Positions 1-21,826 of a DNA stretch of 64,000 nucleotides are shown here, in pieces (position 1 is the first letter of the stretch; every line of letters begins with the position of its first letter). The notes beneath the pieces are model-generated. The model was not told the origin of the DNA, did not search any database, and worked only from the letters and a program-made list of their open reading frames with translations. This stretch comes from Macrostomum lignano (Eukaryota). The position numbers and the translations under genes were made by a program. The DNA is taken from contig NIVC01001399.1 in assembly GCA_002269645.1 (NCBI GenBank), forward strand, positions 124,001 to 188,000, read 5' to 3'.

Positions 1-9561
<9,561 letters not shown>

Positions 9562-10358
9562 AATGCGTTAGCGATGCCATGGCACATTTGATGTCGATGC
9601 AAACCCATTCGTTCGACAATTTTGTTTAACTTTTTTCGTGCAAGTTTCAAGTTAATGCACACGTATTTTCATCGGTAAAAGTACGCTCGTATATATCAAA
9701 TTTTGTTATAATTTTCGGCCAATGCTATATTGCTTTATTCAGATAGACTGTAAAGTTATTAAAACTAATAATTTTATTTAAGATCTGATAAAACGTGATA
9801 GCTCTCTCGAATTTTCCTTTTTATTTTCTGATATGACTCTAATCAAAATGCATACTCATAAATATAATTTTGGTGGTGGGGCGCTAAGTTTCATCTGGAG
9901 AACCAGGACGACGAGACTTCCGTTTCAAGGGGCAAATCATTTCTTATAAAGTTTTTGTAGACTCACTTTTTGCAGCTCCTAAAATGCTTCTAAAATATTG
10001 CAGGCTTATTTCACTGAAACCAGAACCGAAATCACTGAGCCCTGATTCAACTGCATGCACATGCAATATCGGGCATCTCAGCTCAGTTAAACAAAACGTA
10101 TCTAAGTACATAGATTAATTTTGTTTTAGTTATGTGAGAATTTTAGTTAGTTACTACAACAATTCGATGCTGGTAAAAGTATAGATGCTGGGAGGAAATT
10201 GCTGTCTACAACTCGACAAAACATTAAAGTTTGAATATTGACCGATTTTCCAAATTAAAATTGGAATCCTCGTTTATTTGCAATTATCATCGAGTTCACT
10301 TCAGACACAGAGTTACTCCGACACAAAGATTTTTTTGAATCGATTAGTTCTGTGGTAA

Positions 10359-11330
10359 TTAACGAGGCTCGAGGCAGGTGCGCACCTTGTCCCAATAGCC
10401 AGCAGTGTAATGGTGCCTGCAGCCCAACGGTCCCCCGTTGTGAATCCTGGCGTAATCCTATTCAACGAATGAGTATAGGCAGGTGTATTCATCACAATAA
10501 TAAACGCTATTTAGATTGGCATCTCACCTGAAGAGTCGGCGGCCTATTGTTAGTGCAGTACCTGCCGTATCTAGCAAAATAGTAGAACATAGTCTCGCGT
10601 GAGCAAGCCTGGTTGTTTCTACCGGTGGTGCACTCCAGCCAGCCTGGAATCATTTGTTATTTTGGCTAACCAATCAAACCCAAGATTTTATAAAATTCCT
10701 ATAGTAGACTTATATTAGATGGTGAGCATCTGTAGTGACGTCATTCAACGAAAACGTTTTTCATAGTAATAAAACTGATTACACCTGCCCCAATTAGGCC
10801 AGATGTGCAACCAACAGCTCAGCCGCAGCTATTGCGCGGCGCATCTGAAGGCTGCGTACGGCTGTTCAGTCCAAGGACTGGGGGTCGCCACACACACCCT
10901 CAATTACCCATTAGCTGGCACCCATTTTAACAGCTGGGTGAACTGAATCAATGCAGAGTTAAGTGTCTTGCTCAAGGACACAAATTGTTTCAGTGGGATC
11001 AAGAATCGAACCCCCGACCTTTAAGTCGTGAGTCCAACGCTCTGACCACCAGACTGCAACCCCCTTTGTAGCTACATACAGGAACTCACTTCCGCCGAGG
11101 TTTCGGCCAGCAAACTGTGACGCGTCGATCCAGAAGGCGTTCTTAATCTGGTAGGGACCGCAGGCCAGCAAATTGTCGGTGTCGGGAGCGCAGCCGATGT
11201 TGTTGTTGCAGTCGGACTCGATCAGGCAGATGCAGCGGAAGAACTCTTCCGGTAGACTGGGAAGCTGCTGGTGGCTGGCAGCGATGCAGAGCAGAACAAT
11301 CAGCGCGGTTATACTGGATGAATTCCTGAA
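10359..11330 (-). CDS. Invertebrate-type (i-type) lysozyme / destabilase. Exons ~11330-11090, 10643-10528, 10457-10359; start codon not resolved
   Basis: Spliced translation ...CICLIESDCNNNIGCAPDTDNLLACGPYQIKNAFWIDA...GGSWLECTTGRNNQACSRETMFYYFARYGRYCTNNRPPTLQDYARIHNGGPLGCRHHYTAGYWDKVRTCLEPR*; hydrophobic signal-like ITALIVLLCIAA; in-phase GT-AG junctions. Confidence 0.93.
10777..11064 (-). mobile_element. tRNA-derived SINE copy 1 (full length), in lysozyme intron 1
   Basis: Minus strand: A-box-like TGGTGGTCAGAGCG, B-box GGTTCGATTC, central TGTGTCCTTGAGCAAGACACTTAAC...CAGTTCACCCAGCTG, 3' end GGTGTAATC; five copies in window. Confidence 0.88.
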
Positions 11331-12371
11331 AGACAGGTGCCTACCGTTATTTTGTATGCTTTCATGTATTGGTGGTCCCTGTGACAATGTTCTCAATATA
11401 TGACCTACTGACATCGTATTTGGATGCAATTACATGTTGCTTAGATGTTGATAGTTCTAAATGTTAAACATTATCGAGCACATCAAAAAGATACGTTTCA
11501 TTTTTTATAGAAACCTATCGAAATCGTAATCGTACTAAAATATTAAATGCGTTTTCTACAAATGATAACTCTCGTAACTAAATGAAATTCTTAGAAAATA
11601 AAAGCGAAGCTACAAAGACTAAAAGATTAAATTTTAACCTGTCTTTATGTAACCGGCATGTATGTTTAGTTGTCTATGTATAGATGGCAAAAGCCATGAG
11701 TGGAAGATGGAGCTGATATGATGGACTCCGAAAACGGGAGCTCAAACGAACCAAGGCAAATGTCATTTTAAAATGTTGCTGCCGTACAATACGAGCAGAG
11801 ACATGTATTGAATCCATCTTGATAAAATTCTCAACAAGGACTACATGTACTTAAGAAGAATAAATATATCGTCATTGATTTTCAGATCTCTAACTTTAAG
11901 GGAGCCTTCAAGAGCTTTATTAGACGACAAACACATAACAACAGTTCGCACTTACATGACACGCAGTAAGATATTTTTGCTGATTTGGTTTTGACAGACG
12001 AGTGAAAAATTGCTTGTTCAGAATATTGACACCGCAATACTATTGATATTTATAAGTTTATTGATTATAAGTCGCGAGTGTTTTTTGATAAGCTATCTAA
12101 ACATGACCGTTTTCTCACGATATTAAGTCTACAATATACAGCGGCTTCTACAAATCTGATAGGCGTGCTTCAACTGCCGTCATTTTGGCTACCCGGCGCG
12201 GGGTCGCCGTTTTCGTCGAGACAGTTAGTGAACTCAACTTCACAGCAATTCGAAAAACAAGTCAAAATAGTGTTCAGCAGTCATTTGCGAACTTAAACGA
12301 CACAGTGAACTAAATATACATAGATATATTAGTATTATAGATAGGCCATAACCCGGTTCTAGTATTAACTA

Positions 12372-12670
12372 GGGGGTTATGGCTAGCCTGGTGGTTAGAG
12401 CGTCGGTCTCACGACTTGAATGTCGTGGTTCCATTCCCGATCCACTCGGAACAATTTGTGTCCGTAAGCAAGACACTTAACTCTGCACTGCTTCAGTTCA
12501 CCCAGCTGCTGGATCCCGAGTTAGGGTGCCAGCATTAGCTGGGTTAGGGTGTGTGTGTGGCGACCCCCCAGTCCCTGGACTGAACAGCCGTACGCAGCCT
12601 TCAGATGCGCTGCGCAATAGCTGCGGCTGAGCTGTCGGTTGCACACCTGCCCTTTGGGGTAGGTGTAATC
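12372..12670 (+). mobile_element. tRNA-derived SINE copy 2 (full length)
   Basis: Same head, core and tail as 10777-11064, opposite orientation. Confidence 0.88.
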
Positions 12671-13524
12671 AATTATTCTTGTTAGTATGAAAGATTAATG
12701 TGAGAGATGGGTATAAAATAGACACATTCTAAGACAGACCGATGGGTAGGTAGACAGATTTAGTGTTAGACAAGTTCATGGACATACGGATTGTCTGTAA
12801 CCGAACAGATAAGTTGTCTATGTTTGAACAGTACAGAATTGACGGAACTGTACATGTAAAGAAGGCATGCTACGAGCGTAAATCTCAAGAAAAGACCTCC
12901 CAGAGATGTTACTATTTGACTTGGGACACGAATAGAAATGAATGAATAAAAAGCAAGTCCAATACGATGAAAAATAGTTCGAATGTTCGAATGAAAATTA
13001 ACGCTTTAAAAGGAGATATAAATGCACTATTAATGTCCACCAATCTACGGGGCTTCTTCGCCCGGTTAAAGCTACGAAATTGCACACCAATCTCTGTCTC
13101 TCCGTTAGGTCTTGAGCAGTAGCCCAGTAGCCCACTATTGTACCCATTATACTTCAAAAGCGTTCATGACAACGGACTAGAAACGGTATAGACGCAGAGA
13201 GAGCGCTCAATTTTTTTTTCCTGCCAACCCCCCATCTCTTCTTCTTTGCTCTCTTCTAGTCTAGTATAGTCCCTACCTGGCCCCGTTGTGTTTGAATGCA
13301 GGCGCCAAACACCCACCCTGCTAAAAAAGCTGCGGATAGACGTCAACAGAGAGCAGAGAGTGAGAGATAGAAGCAGGGACAGAAAGATAGACAGAGTTCA
13401 GCCAGCAGATTTTTGTTAGGCAGTTTAGTAACCGATAGTGTTAAAATTTCTCTGGTATAAGAGAAAGCTGTTTATGTACTGGGATCTGTCCCCAGGGCGG
13501 TTAGGACTCCCACCTCAGCACCAT

Positions 13525-15411
13525 ATGGCGGACCTGATGCTTCTCTTTCCTCGACAGTCGATGAAGCAGTGCGCGGCGTTTTTAGTTTACCATCCCGAGC
13601 GCCGCCTGGTGATGCCAAAGGTGTCGCTGTTGGACTGGCGTAGACTCGACGGGATCTGTCGCTACAGTGTGGTTCGACTTCGCGATCACCTTTACTTTCT
13701 CGGAGGCTACCGGCCTGCTAAGAAGAAATACAGTAGACAAGTGTTGCGGTATGAGGTTAGTCTTCTCAAAAATTTTAATCGCGATTTGTTTCATACTTCA
13801 ATTTCTACTTTTCTAATTTCTTATCGCGTCTTACCACTATCGTTTTATCTCGTGATATGTTCTGTATCGCACTATCTAATTTGTCATATCTCTTCCCGTC
13901 TCGTCTTGTCTCTCTCGTCTCGTCCGTCTCGTCTTATCTCAACTTGTCCGTCTTGTCTCGTCTCGTCTCATCTTGTCCATGTCGTCCATCTCGTTTGTTT
14001 ATTTAAACGTCTCTCGCCTCGTCTCGTCTCATCTCGTTTATCTTGTCGCGTCGCGTTTCGTCTCTCGTCTCGTCTCGTCTAATCTCATCTCGTCCGTCTC
14101 GTCTCGTTTCGTCTCATCTAGTCCGTCTCGTCTCGTCTTGTCTGATCCTATCTCGTCCGTCTCGTCTTGTCTCATCCTATCTCGTCCGTCTTGTCTTGTC
14201 TTGTCCGTCTCGTCTCATCTTATCGTCTCGTCTCGTCTCGTCTCGTCTTGTTTCTCGTCTCCTCTCGTCTCCTCTCGTCTATCTCGTCTAGTTTCGTCTC
14301 GACTCTTGTCATCGAATCCTTCCTCGCCTTTTCTCATCGGCTTCTTACGCACTTTACGTGAATAAACCCACAGCTAAGCACGGGCACCTGGTACTACTGC
14401 AACAAGATGAAGACTCCCAGAGCAGATTTTTCAGCATTCGCTTACGACGGCAAAATCTACTGTCCTGGCGGCCGGACTACCAACGGCGCCCTCACAGAGC
14501 TCATGGAGTCGTTCGAGCCGATCACGAACAATTGGTACCAAGAGAATCCTCTGCCAGCTCCTTGCGCAGAATTTGCGTGCATCTGCCTGGAGCAGCTCTC
14601 CACGGTGATATTAGTTGGCGGCGTTGCCCGCAGTCCAAACGGTTCATTTCGTTGTTTCAATCACATATGGCGATTTGGTTTGCTGAAATCGACGAATCCT
14701 TACCTGGACTACGAGTATCTATGGCAGGCGCTACCATCGGGCGTCGGAGTCCCAACCAGTCTGGGAGTTCGCGGCCACCAGCTGGTGTTCGATTCCGCTT
14801 TCAATCGGGTCTACTTGGTCGGCGGCTCGCCTCTGACCGGCAAGGACGATGATCCAGCAGTTTCGCAAAACAGTCGCTTGCCTGGATTGTACTATTTCAG
14901 CATCGAAGACATGAAAGCGTTGTTAGATGAGCTCGACAAAGCGATGGAGCTGGGCACTGTTGATGACGTATCCGACTCTCTCAAACTGTGCTGGACTCGA
15001 AGAAATATCGAACAGTGCAGTCGAGCTTATGCGGCCGTGTCGCTAATTGGTAACAAGCTCTTTGTGGTCGGCGGAAGCCAAGTTAAACCTCCGCCGCCGA
15101 AGACGCCCTCTTTGACAGAAGAGACAACCGCTCAAGAGCTTTCAGAAGCAGAAGCTCCGGGACTTAAGGTTGTTGAAGAAGAAGCAGCTGAGCACGGATC
15201 TGCATCGGCCACGCCCCAGCAACCGGAAGTAGCTAGCGGCGATGCCGGTTACTATGACAAGCGACGAAAAAGTTTCCATTCGCTGTTTTCGCTAAGCAAC
15301 TCCGGCTTGGACACTAGCGAACTGATCAGCGTCACGGTTAAGCTGGAGAAGTCTAACCGGGATTTAAAACCAGATAGACTTGACTGGCTGCTGCAGTGGT
15401 CACTGTGGTGA
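13525..15411 (+). CDS. Kelch-repeat (beta-propeller) protein; exons 13525-13755 and 14374-15411 (start tentative)
   Basis: Repeated Kelch GG-Y/W motifs: HLYFLGGY, MKTPRADFSAFAYDGKIYCPGG, WYQENPLPAP, VILVGG, RVYLVGG, KLFVVGG; in-phase junction GAG|GTTAGT...CACAG|CTA. Confidence 0.85.
13895..14325. repeat. (CGTCT)n-type simple repeat in Kelch intron
   Basis: Visible; produces spurious SRLV-rich ORFs. Confidence 0.9.
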
Positions 15412-15912
15412 TGCTTCCTGTCTAAATCGAAGCTCGAACTGCTTCTTGAATACATCCGTAGTGCATGTACTAAAAATCTTGCCTTGTTTAAAAATGTAGT
15501 ACAGCTCATCAATTACTTAAATACGATACTACGAAAACTTTCCTAAACTAAAATACAATGCACACTTGACAAGCTTACGATATTTTTGTGAAGTAGTGAT
15601 TTGAAATTCTGACCCTCGAGTAGAGCCAAAGATACGATATGGAAAACAAGTTTCTAGAGTAGTTTCAGGGTTGGAAGCTAGTTTAATCCGGCTAATTTCA
15701 ACTCCAGCTTGGTCTGGTTTGCAATCTCAGGCGCGCGTGATCTTTTCGCTCTATAACCATGGCTCTTATCAATACGGAAAACCTACTTCAGGCTGTAATC
15801 ATAAAACCCTACTTTACTTGTATATATTAAGCATAAATTCATGCAGTGAGTGTGTAGTCACTCGATCGATATCTCATCGACTTTGTAATACCCGCAACTA
15901 ATTTGGCTTGAG

Positions 15913-16395
15913 ATGAAGACTACCACGGTACTGCTGGTACTCCTGATCGGTACGCGGCTTTTTGACGATACTGCTACAGCCTACAGAGAGACTCAAGATC
16001 AGTTCGGTGATGCAAGCTTGGAGGATTCTGTTCTACTAAAAGGACGTGAGGACGAACCTTCTGATGTACTAGTAGGACGTGAGGAGGACCCTTCTGATGA
16101 CGAGATTGGTGTCGGATCTGGACAAGATGATTCTGACACGGATTCTTTGCCAGACTTTGAGGACACTATTGAACTCGAAGTCCCTGCTGATGAGGCTGAT
16201 GAGGCTGACAAGTCACAATCGGACGATTATGGCGCTGAGGACGACGAACTTCAGCGAGAGGAAGACGGATTTGAATCGTTGCCTGATGTCGATAGCGATG
16301 TGTACGAACGTGAGCCTGGCGTGGAGGCTAGTCCTGAGGATTATCCAGCTCACACGATTGTTGGTCCATATCCGGATGCTATTGATATTTTCTAA
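15913..16395 (+). CDS. Putative secreted, highly acidic low-complexity protein (160 aa, single exon)
   Basis: MKTTTVLLVLLIG signal-like N-terminus, D/E-rich body, TATATA about 90 bp upstream, AATAAA at 16501. Confidence 0.7.
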   Translation: MKTTTVLLVLLIGTRLFDDTATAYRETQDQFGDASLEDSVLLKGREDEPSDVLVGREEDPSDDEIGVGSGQDDSDTDSLPDFEDTIELEVPADEADEADKSQSDDYGAEDDELQREEDGFESLPDVDSDVYEREPGVEASPEDYPAHTIVGPYPDAIDIF

Positions 16396-18098
16396 CATTA
16401 CTTGGCAAAATTAACTGCATGTAAATTAAGACAACTAATTTTCATGTGCTGCACTGTACAACAAAAACATTATATTTTAGTTCCACTAAGAAACCTGCAG
16501 AATAAATTTTTGGACGCCAGGCTAAGAAAGGAAAAATAGCACGATGATGAATCATTTTCCAAAATAATTACCAGGCTTAGACGCAAACGGTCTCAGACAA
16601 GGATTTTTTTATTTTTTCCGTACTATTAATTGCGCATCATATTTCTGCTGGTGGACATCCTGAACCTCATCCTTTTATAGCGACGTTCCTGTCAGTGCAT
16701 TTCTTACATGTACATGGTAAATGTTCACGTGCAGGTTTCAATTTGACAACAAATTTCTGATTGCGCTACTGAGAGCTCATCCTGATTCAGACATGTATGC
16801 AGGTATATATTTAGATGGAGGTATTTTTGCACGGGATTTATATAAATTTAATTACCCACGCCCCGAGGGTCTGGAAGAAATTTTCTGCTGCGTATTTTAT
16901 TTTGCCCGTCAAAAATTGTCTGTAGGTACACTATATAGCTCATGCATGTAGCTTTGGTCTCCAAGACAGCTGGGAGAGAAATTATACTTTACTGTTTGAA
17001 TACTACGCTAATTATCATATACATGTATTAAATTATCTATGGTCACATTAGTCAGACATCAGTTATTACTACAGTATTTGTGGTCAGACATCAGTTATTA
17101 TAGTATCTGTGGTCAGACCATCACATCAGACCGTATCTGTGTGGTGAGGACAGAACGTGTCCCTGACTGTCGAGCGCTCATGAGATTTCTCGTTAGTAGT
17201 AGACTTTTTCTGGCTATACCCCAACTATTATAGTACTGTGTACTACCTAGCTTCTATGGGTGCCAGAAACACAGGTTATACGGCTGTATAGTTACACGGA
17301 GGAGGACCATCCGCTAAATTTAAAAGCTCCGATCGCGTACACGTACAAGGGAACACCGGTTAAATGTACGAACTTAGAGCTAGGTCTTAAACTAGCTCTT
17401 GCAGTATCTATTGGTGAAAAAATCTGCCGCCTGAAAATGCGTGGCGTGCAGACCTCATTGGAAACCGAAATCCTTTATTTCCCACATGGACATGACCACC
17501 TTGTAAGTTACATCTTCATTGTACATGCACGTCATGACGTAAAATACAACCGTTGTGCATGTACATGTACTGCATCATTCTGAAAGCGGAAGCTGATGTT
17601 TTCGATCTTAAGCAAAAAGAGAACGTCTGATCCAACAAAATTTTCTAAATTTTTCATTCTTAAAAATAATTCAGAGTAGTACATCTATAGCATTGAAGCA
17701 ATCGGAGATCGCATTAGAAATTAATAGACTTCATATCGTTTATGGGTTGCAGCATACACCTAAATAGGAAATAAATAAATAGGCACTAAATAAAAATGCA
17801 CTACGATTTAGACTTATTCGTGATTAACTTCTTAGCGAACTATAAGAGTTTTGTTTAAGTTAGCAACTTATTTTAAAAATCCTGCTCGATGCAGATTTCT
17901 TCGAAAATAATGAAATGAAAATGAGTAATCGGTTTGGTTTGTAGCACTAACAGCATTTTCTTTTAAGAGACGGACGGAGGCAAGTACTGTTCAATTTAGT
18001 AGCGGTTTAAAAAGACTTCGATTGTCTTTGACTTCGACTGGTAACGGCTGTTTACTGCAGTATTTTGACTATTTAACTTTGACGGCTTCGCTTTCAAC

Positions 18099-18839
18099 AT
18101 GTTTTTCTTTCTAACTTCGACAATGTACCGATGTCTAATAATCTTAATTGGAGTTTTGTATCCTGCCTTCAATTCGTACAAGGCTCTGAATCGCCGAAAT
18201 GGATACGACCAAGTTAAGTGGATGATGTACTGGATTGTATTTGCTGTTTTCACAGCTTGTGAAGTTGTTACCGACTTATTTTTCTCATGGATGCCACTTT
18301 ACAACGAATCAAAAATAATTTTTGTCTTGTGGATGGTTTTGCCGATGTCTCGCGGATCTAGCTATCTGTACAGGAAAATAATACATCCCAATCTTCTGAA
18401 ACATGAGCAAGAAATCGATCGCTATATTGCTGCAGCTTCTAACAAGGGTTGTGAAATGCTCTTTCAGTTTGGCCAACATGGAATGAACTATGCTGCCAAT
18501 GCTGTTTTGCGAACTGCTGATCATCTGAAAAGAAGCTACAGTGTTGGTGATGTATCTAAGTCTATTTTGCCACCAATTGAGCCTATGAGCAACAATTTAA
18601 ATCAAGCCAATGGAGTAGGCCTATATTGTCAACACCAAGAAGACCTCAACTTTGCTTACAGTTACGATAGTGAGCCAGAAGTGGAGAAGCATTTGACTAG
18701 AACAACTAGAAATTCTAGTAAAAAGCAAGGAATTTCTAACAAGAAAACTTCTAATGGCTGTTCTGCTAATACTAGTACTCCAAGTGGATCTACTCGGCGT
18801 GCTAAGAAGGCTCTTCATAAGCTTGAAGAAGAATGCTAA
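18099..18839 (+). CDS. REEP: REEP1-4-like ER-shaping protein (TB2/DP1/HVA22 family), intronless
   Basis: LIGVLYPAFNSYKAL...VKWMMYWIVFAVFT..E..TDLFFSWMPLYNESKIIFVLWMVLP..RGSSYLYRKIIHP.L.KHEQEID matches REEP1-4 consensus. Confidence 0.92.
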   Translation: MFFFLTSTMYRCLIILIGVLYPAFNSYKALNRRNGYDQVKWMMYWIVFAVFTACEVVTDLFFSWMPLYNESKIIFVLWMVLPMSRGSSYLYRKIIHPNLLKHEQEIDRYIAAASNKGCEMLFQFGQHGMNYAANAVLRTADHLKRSYSVGDVSKSILPPIEPMSNNLNQANGVGLYCQHQEDLNFAYSYDSEPEVEKHLTRTTRNSSKKQGISNKKTSNGCSANTSTPSGSTRRAKKALHKLEEEC

Positions 18840-18968
18840 TTTAATTCTAATCATTAATTTAAACTGATTCATATTACCTAATTCGACCAACTAAATGCTA
18901 AACTATCATTTGAGGTCTATAGTCAATAACTCAAAGCTTACTCTTATATTATATTATTGGCTAAGTAC

Positions 18969-19405
18969 TAGAGGTCAGGCGGGATTGAAATCTTCGGGTG
19001 GGATCGGGATTGGGAATCATTTTTTTCTTGGGATCGGGAATCGGGATCAGGTCTTTTAGTGTATTGTCCATGTAAAGTTAAACAAAAATGAGAAAAGATT
19101 GTTAAGATCAAGAAGTAAAACACAACAGAATCGATATGAAGTTTTGTAACCAACAAAGTAAATAGTGTAACAAGTAGGCCTAGGCCCCCCTACAAGTTAA
19201 AGCAAAATTGTAGGGGGGCCTATAGGATGTAGGTTACCTTTCCTTGATTACCTTCAAGTAATCACTAATTCTATAAATTATTAATCGAAAGACCTGTTCC
19301 CGAATCTCAAGTTTTTTATGGTCGGGATTCTGGTCTCGCGGGAATTCAATTTTCCTTGGGATCCCGAGATTTCGGGATCAGGATGGGGATCCCGTCCAAC
19401 TTCTA
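18969..19405. mobile_element. Non-autonomous hAT-like MITE
   Basis: Imperfect 17-bp TIRs TAGAGGTCAGGCGGGAT / ATCCCGTCCAACTTCTA; 8-bp flanks CTAAGTAC / CCAAGTAC; subterminal GATCGGGAT motifs; internal perfect inverted repeat TAGGCCCCCCTACAA..TTGTAGGGGGGCCTA. Confidence 0.7.
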
Positions 19406-19571
19406 CCAAGTACCAAGTATATCCTTAAACCATCTTAGAACAATAACAACAATAGCTCTAGACATATGTACCTAATGTACATAAGTTAAACCCCTTTTCT
19501 TTGATACTAATAGCTTGTCTTTACCTTTCTGATTCTAAAGCATTTGTAGACATTAATTAAGCAAATACAAT

Positions 19572-20177
19572 CCACTTCGGTAACTGCCATTTTGGTAATA
19601 GCCAACTTCGGTAACAAAGTAGAGTTATAATTGTCAACACTTTATTTTTATGATTACTTGAAGGTTTAGCAATAATAAGTTTAATAATTAGGCTAACATC
19701 TCAAATATCTTATTGCACATATTGATAAACTTTCTAGTTAAACTGTATTATACCTTGTTTAAACTTGTACATCAACTTTGTGAAAAATTTAAAGGCAAAG
19801 AAAATTAAGCAAAGCAAGATCGTATACATACATTGATATTGAAATTTTTTAAATTAATTAATGAAGAAAAAAAGTTAGATTCAGTAATTTTAAGTCACCA
19901 TTTGCTAACTAGATCAAAGATTCTAATGTATATGGTATACAATATTTGGCCAAGTATAGGATGTCTTAGGTGCATGTATCTGACTCATCCAGATATTAAA
20001 ATAGATTGGTTAAAACACTTTTAAACAAGTTAAATAAATGTAGGTACGTATGTGTTTTGTTGCTCTTTCTTTAAAGTTTGTTTGCACATCCTTTTGGAGC
20101 ATATAAATTAATACATATTATATCATTCTTACTTGTTACCAAAGTGGCTGTTACCAAAATGGCTTTTACCGAAGTGG
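19572..20177. mobile_element. MITE-like element with ~46-bp internally repetitive inverted repeats
   Basis: CCACTTCGGTAACTGCCATTTTGGTAATAGCCAACTTCGGTAACAA matches the reverse complement of 20133-20177; AT-rich interior; TSD not identified. Confidence 0.65.
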
Positions 20178-21826
20178 ACTGTTACCAATTAAGCCTATCA
20201 TTCTAAGTTTTTTATATTAAGTCCTAGTTACTAGGCCTATGTCTTATTAACTTTTTTGTTTAAGTTTTTTTATAATAGGCCTAACTTAAACAAAAAGGTT
20301 TAAAGTTGAATTAACTATAAAGTCAAAGTAAATGACTATAAAAAAGCTTTATAACCATTTAAATTAGAATAGTAATGAATATTAATTGATTTGCTTCACT
20401 ATACCTATATGATTGCCTTTTGTTTAAAAAAATAAACATGTGTATCCTAATATTAGCTAGGCTTATCATATTTGTCTTATTTTGTTATAACTTTTTCTGT
20501 TTGTTTGCATTTTATTTAAAATTCCTCAATACATTTAATACCATTGCTTTATCTTGTTTTAAATGGTGTTCATTTGTAAAAAGCTAAAATTGTCATTGCT
20601 AAGTTGAAAACTTTATTTCATTTTACATTTTTTTAATATTGCTTAACTTGGAGCATATTATTAAACAATTTTATGTTCCAGTATTTGTCCTTGCAAATTT
20701 TTATTTTCATTAAAATAATTACCCAGTGTGCTATTCATTGCTGCATTTTTATTCAATCAATTAAGTTGTGTTTTTTGTTTTTATTTGTTTTCAAAGTATA
20801 TATTTTCTTAGTAGGCCCCAGCCTATAGTAATTTTAGCTCCCTTTCTTATAAAAGCTCTTTTTCTAACTTTGGTGCAAGTTGAACCAGTGTATTTTTTCA
20901 AAGTAAAATTGAAATAAAAATACAATCTATATTTTTCATCAATTTATCTAATTATAAAATCTCAGTGTCTAATTCTGTTTTTTCATTTTCATTTTAGTTT
21001 AACTATCACTTTTCTTTCTATATTGTTAGGTTTAAACACCTACCAATTTATCTCTACTTCCAATTCCTATAGCCTAGTGGTCTTGTGCAATGCTCTGGTA
21101 TGCCATTGGCCTAAGCTTGGGCTAATTCTAAATGCATTTATACAATAAATAAAAATAGGGCTACTGTACACTATATTAGTGTGTACTTATGCATATGACA
21201 TGCAACTTGTATGCCTGCTCAAGGGATTCAATATAATGGGCAATGATACCTCTTGCTAGTTATGTGACAATGTTGCTTAAAGTGTGCTATTTACACAGCT
21301 ATGATGTCTTAAATAAATAAATAACTGCCAATCTACCATATTTTCTGTGTAGTCAACACCCCTAGCTACCAAATTTTCCATTGTAACTACTAGATTTAAC
21401 AAGTTAACTAAGATAATAAGTATCTATTTTCAAGTAATAATCCAAATGTGGTCAATAACATGCCAATATTTTCTGATAGAAGTTTTATAAACTATCTAAA
21501 ATAGAATTGTTCAAGGCACAAGCCATGACAATTTCATTTTTTCCTAGACAAATTGGCTTGTCAATTGTGCCAACTGTTCTCTGCTTGGCAGAGACATGTG
21601 GCCAACGGTAAGTTGATCTTGTTGAAAATGTCTTTATAGTTATGTAGAATTTCCATAGTTAATTTGAAATTAAAAAATTTTAACTTTTTAGGATTATATT
21701 TTTGTATACCCTTCTCTACATGGCAAAGCTGATAGCTAAGAAGCATTATCAAGTGTAAGTTGTAAATTATCTAAGAAGTAACTTTTATTTTTGATATGTT
21801 ACAAAAACTATTTTTTATCTTTGCAG

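Noticed and set aside
10959-11064. SINE heads as genuine tRNA genes
   Set aside because: Cloverleaf is incomplete and each is fused to the same ~200-bp body.
16721-17583. Short ORFs and a strong CTT|GTAAGT donor near 17505 as first exons of the NEF1-like or REEP gene
   Set aside because: Phase-0 donor does not fit the phase-2 requirement of exon 21827; no homology recognised; may be UTR.
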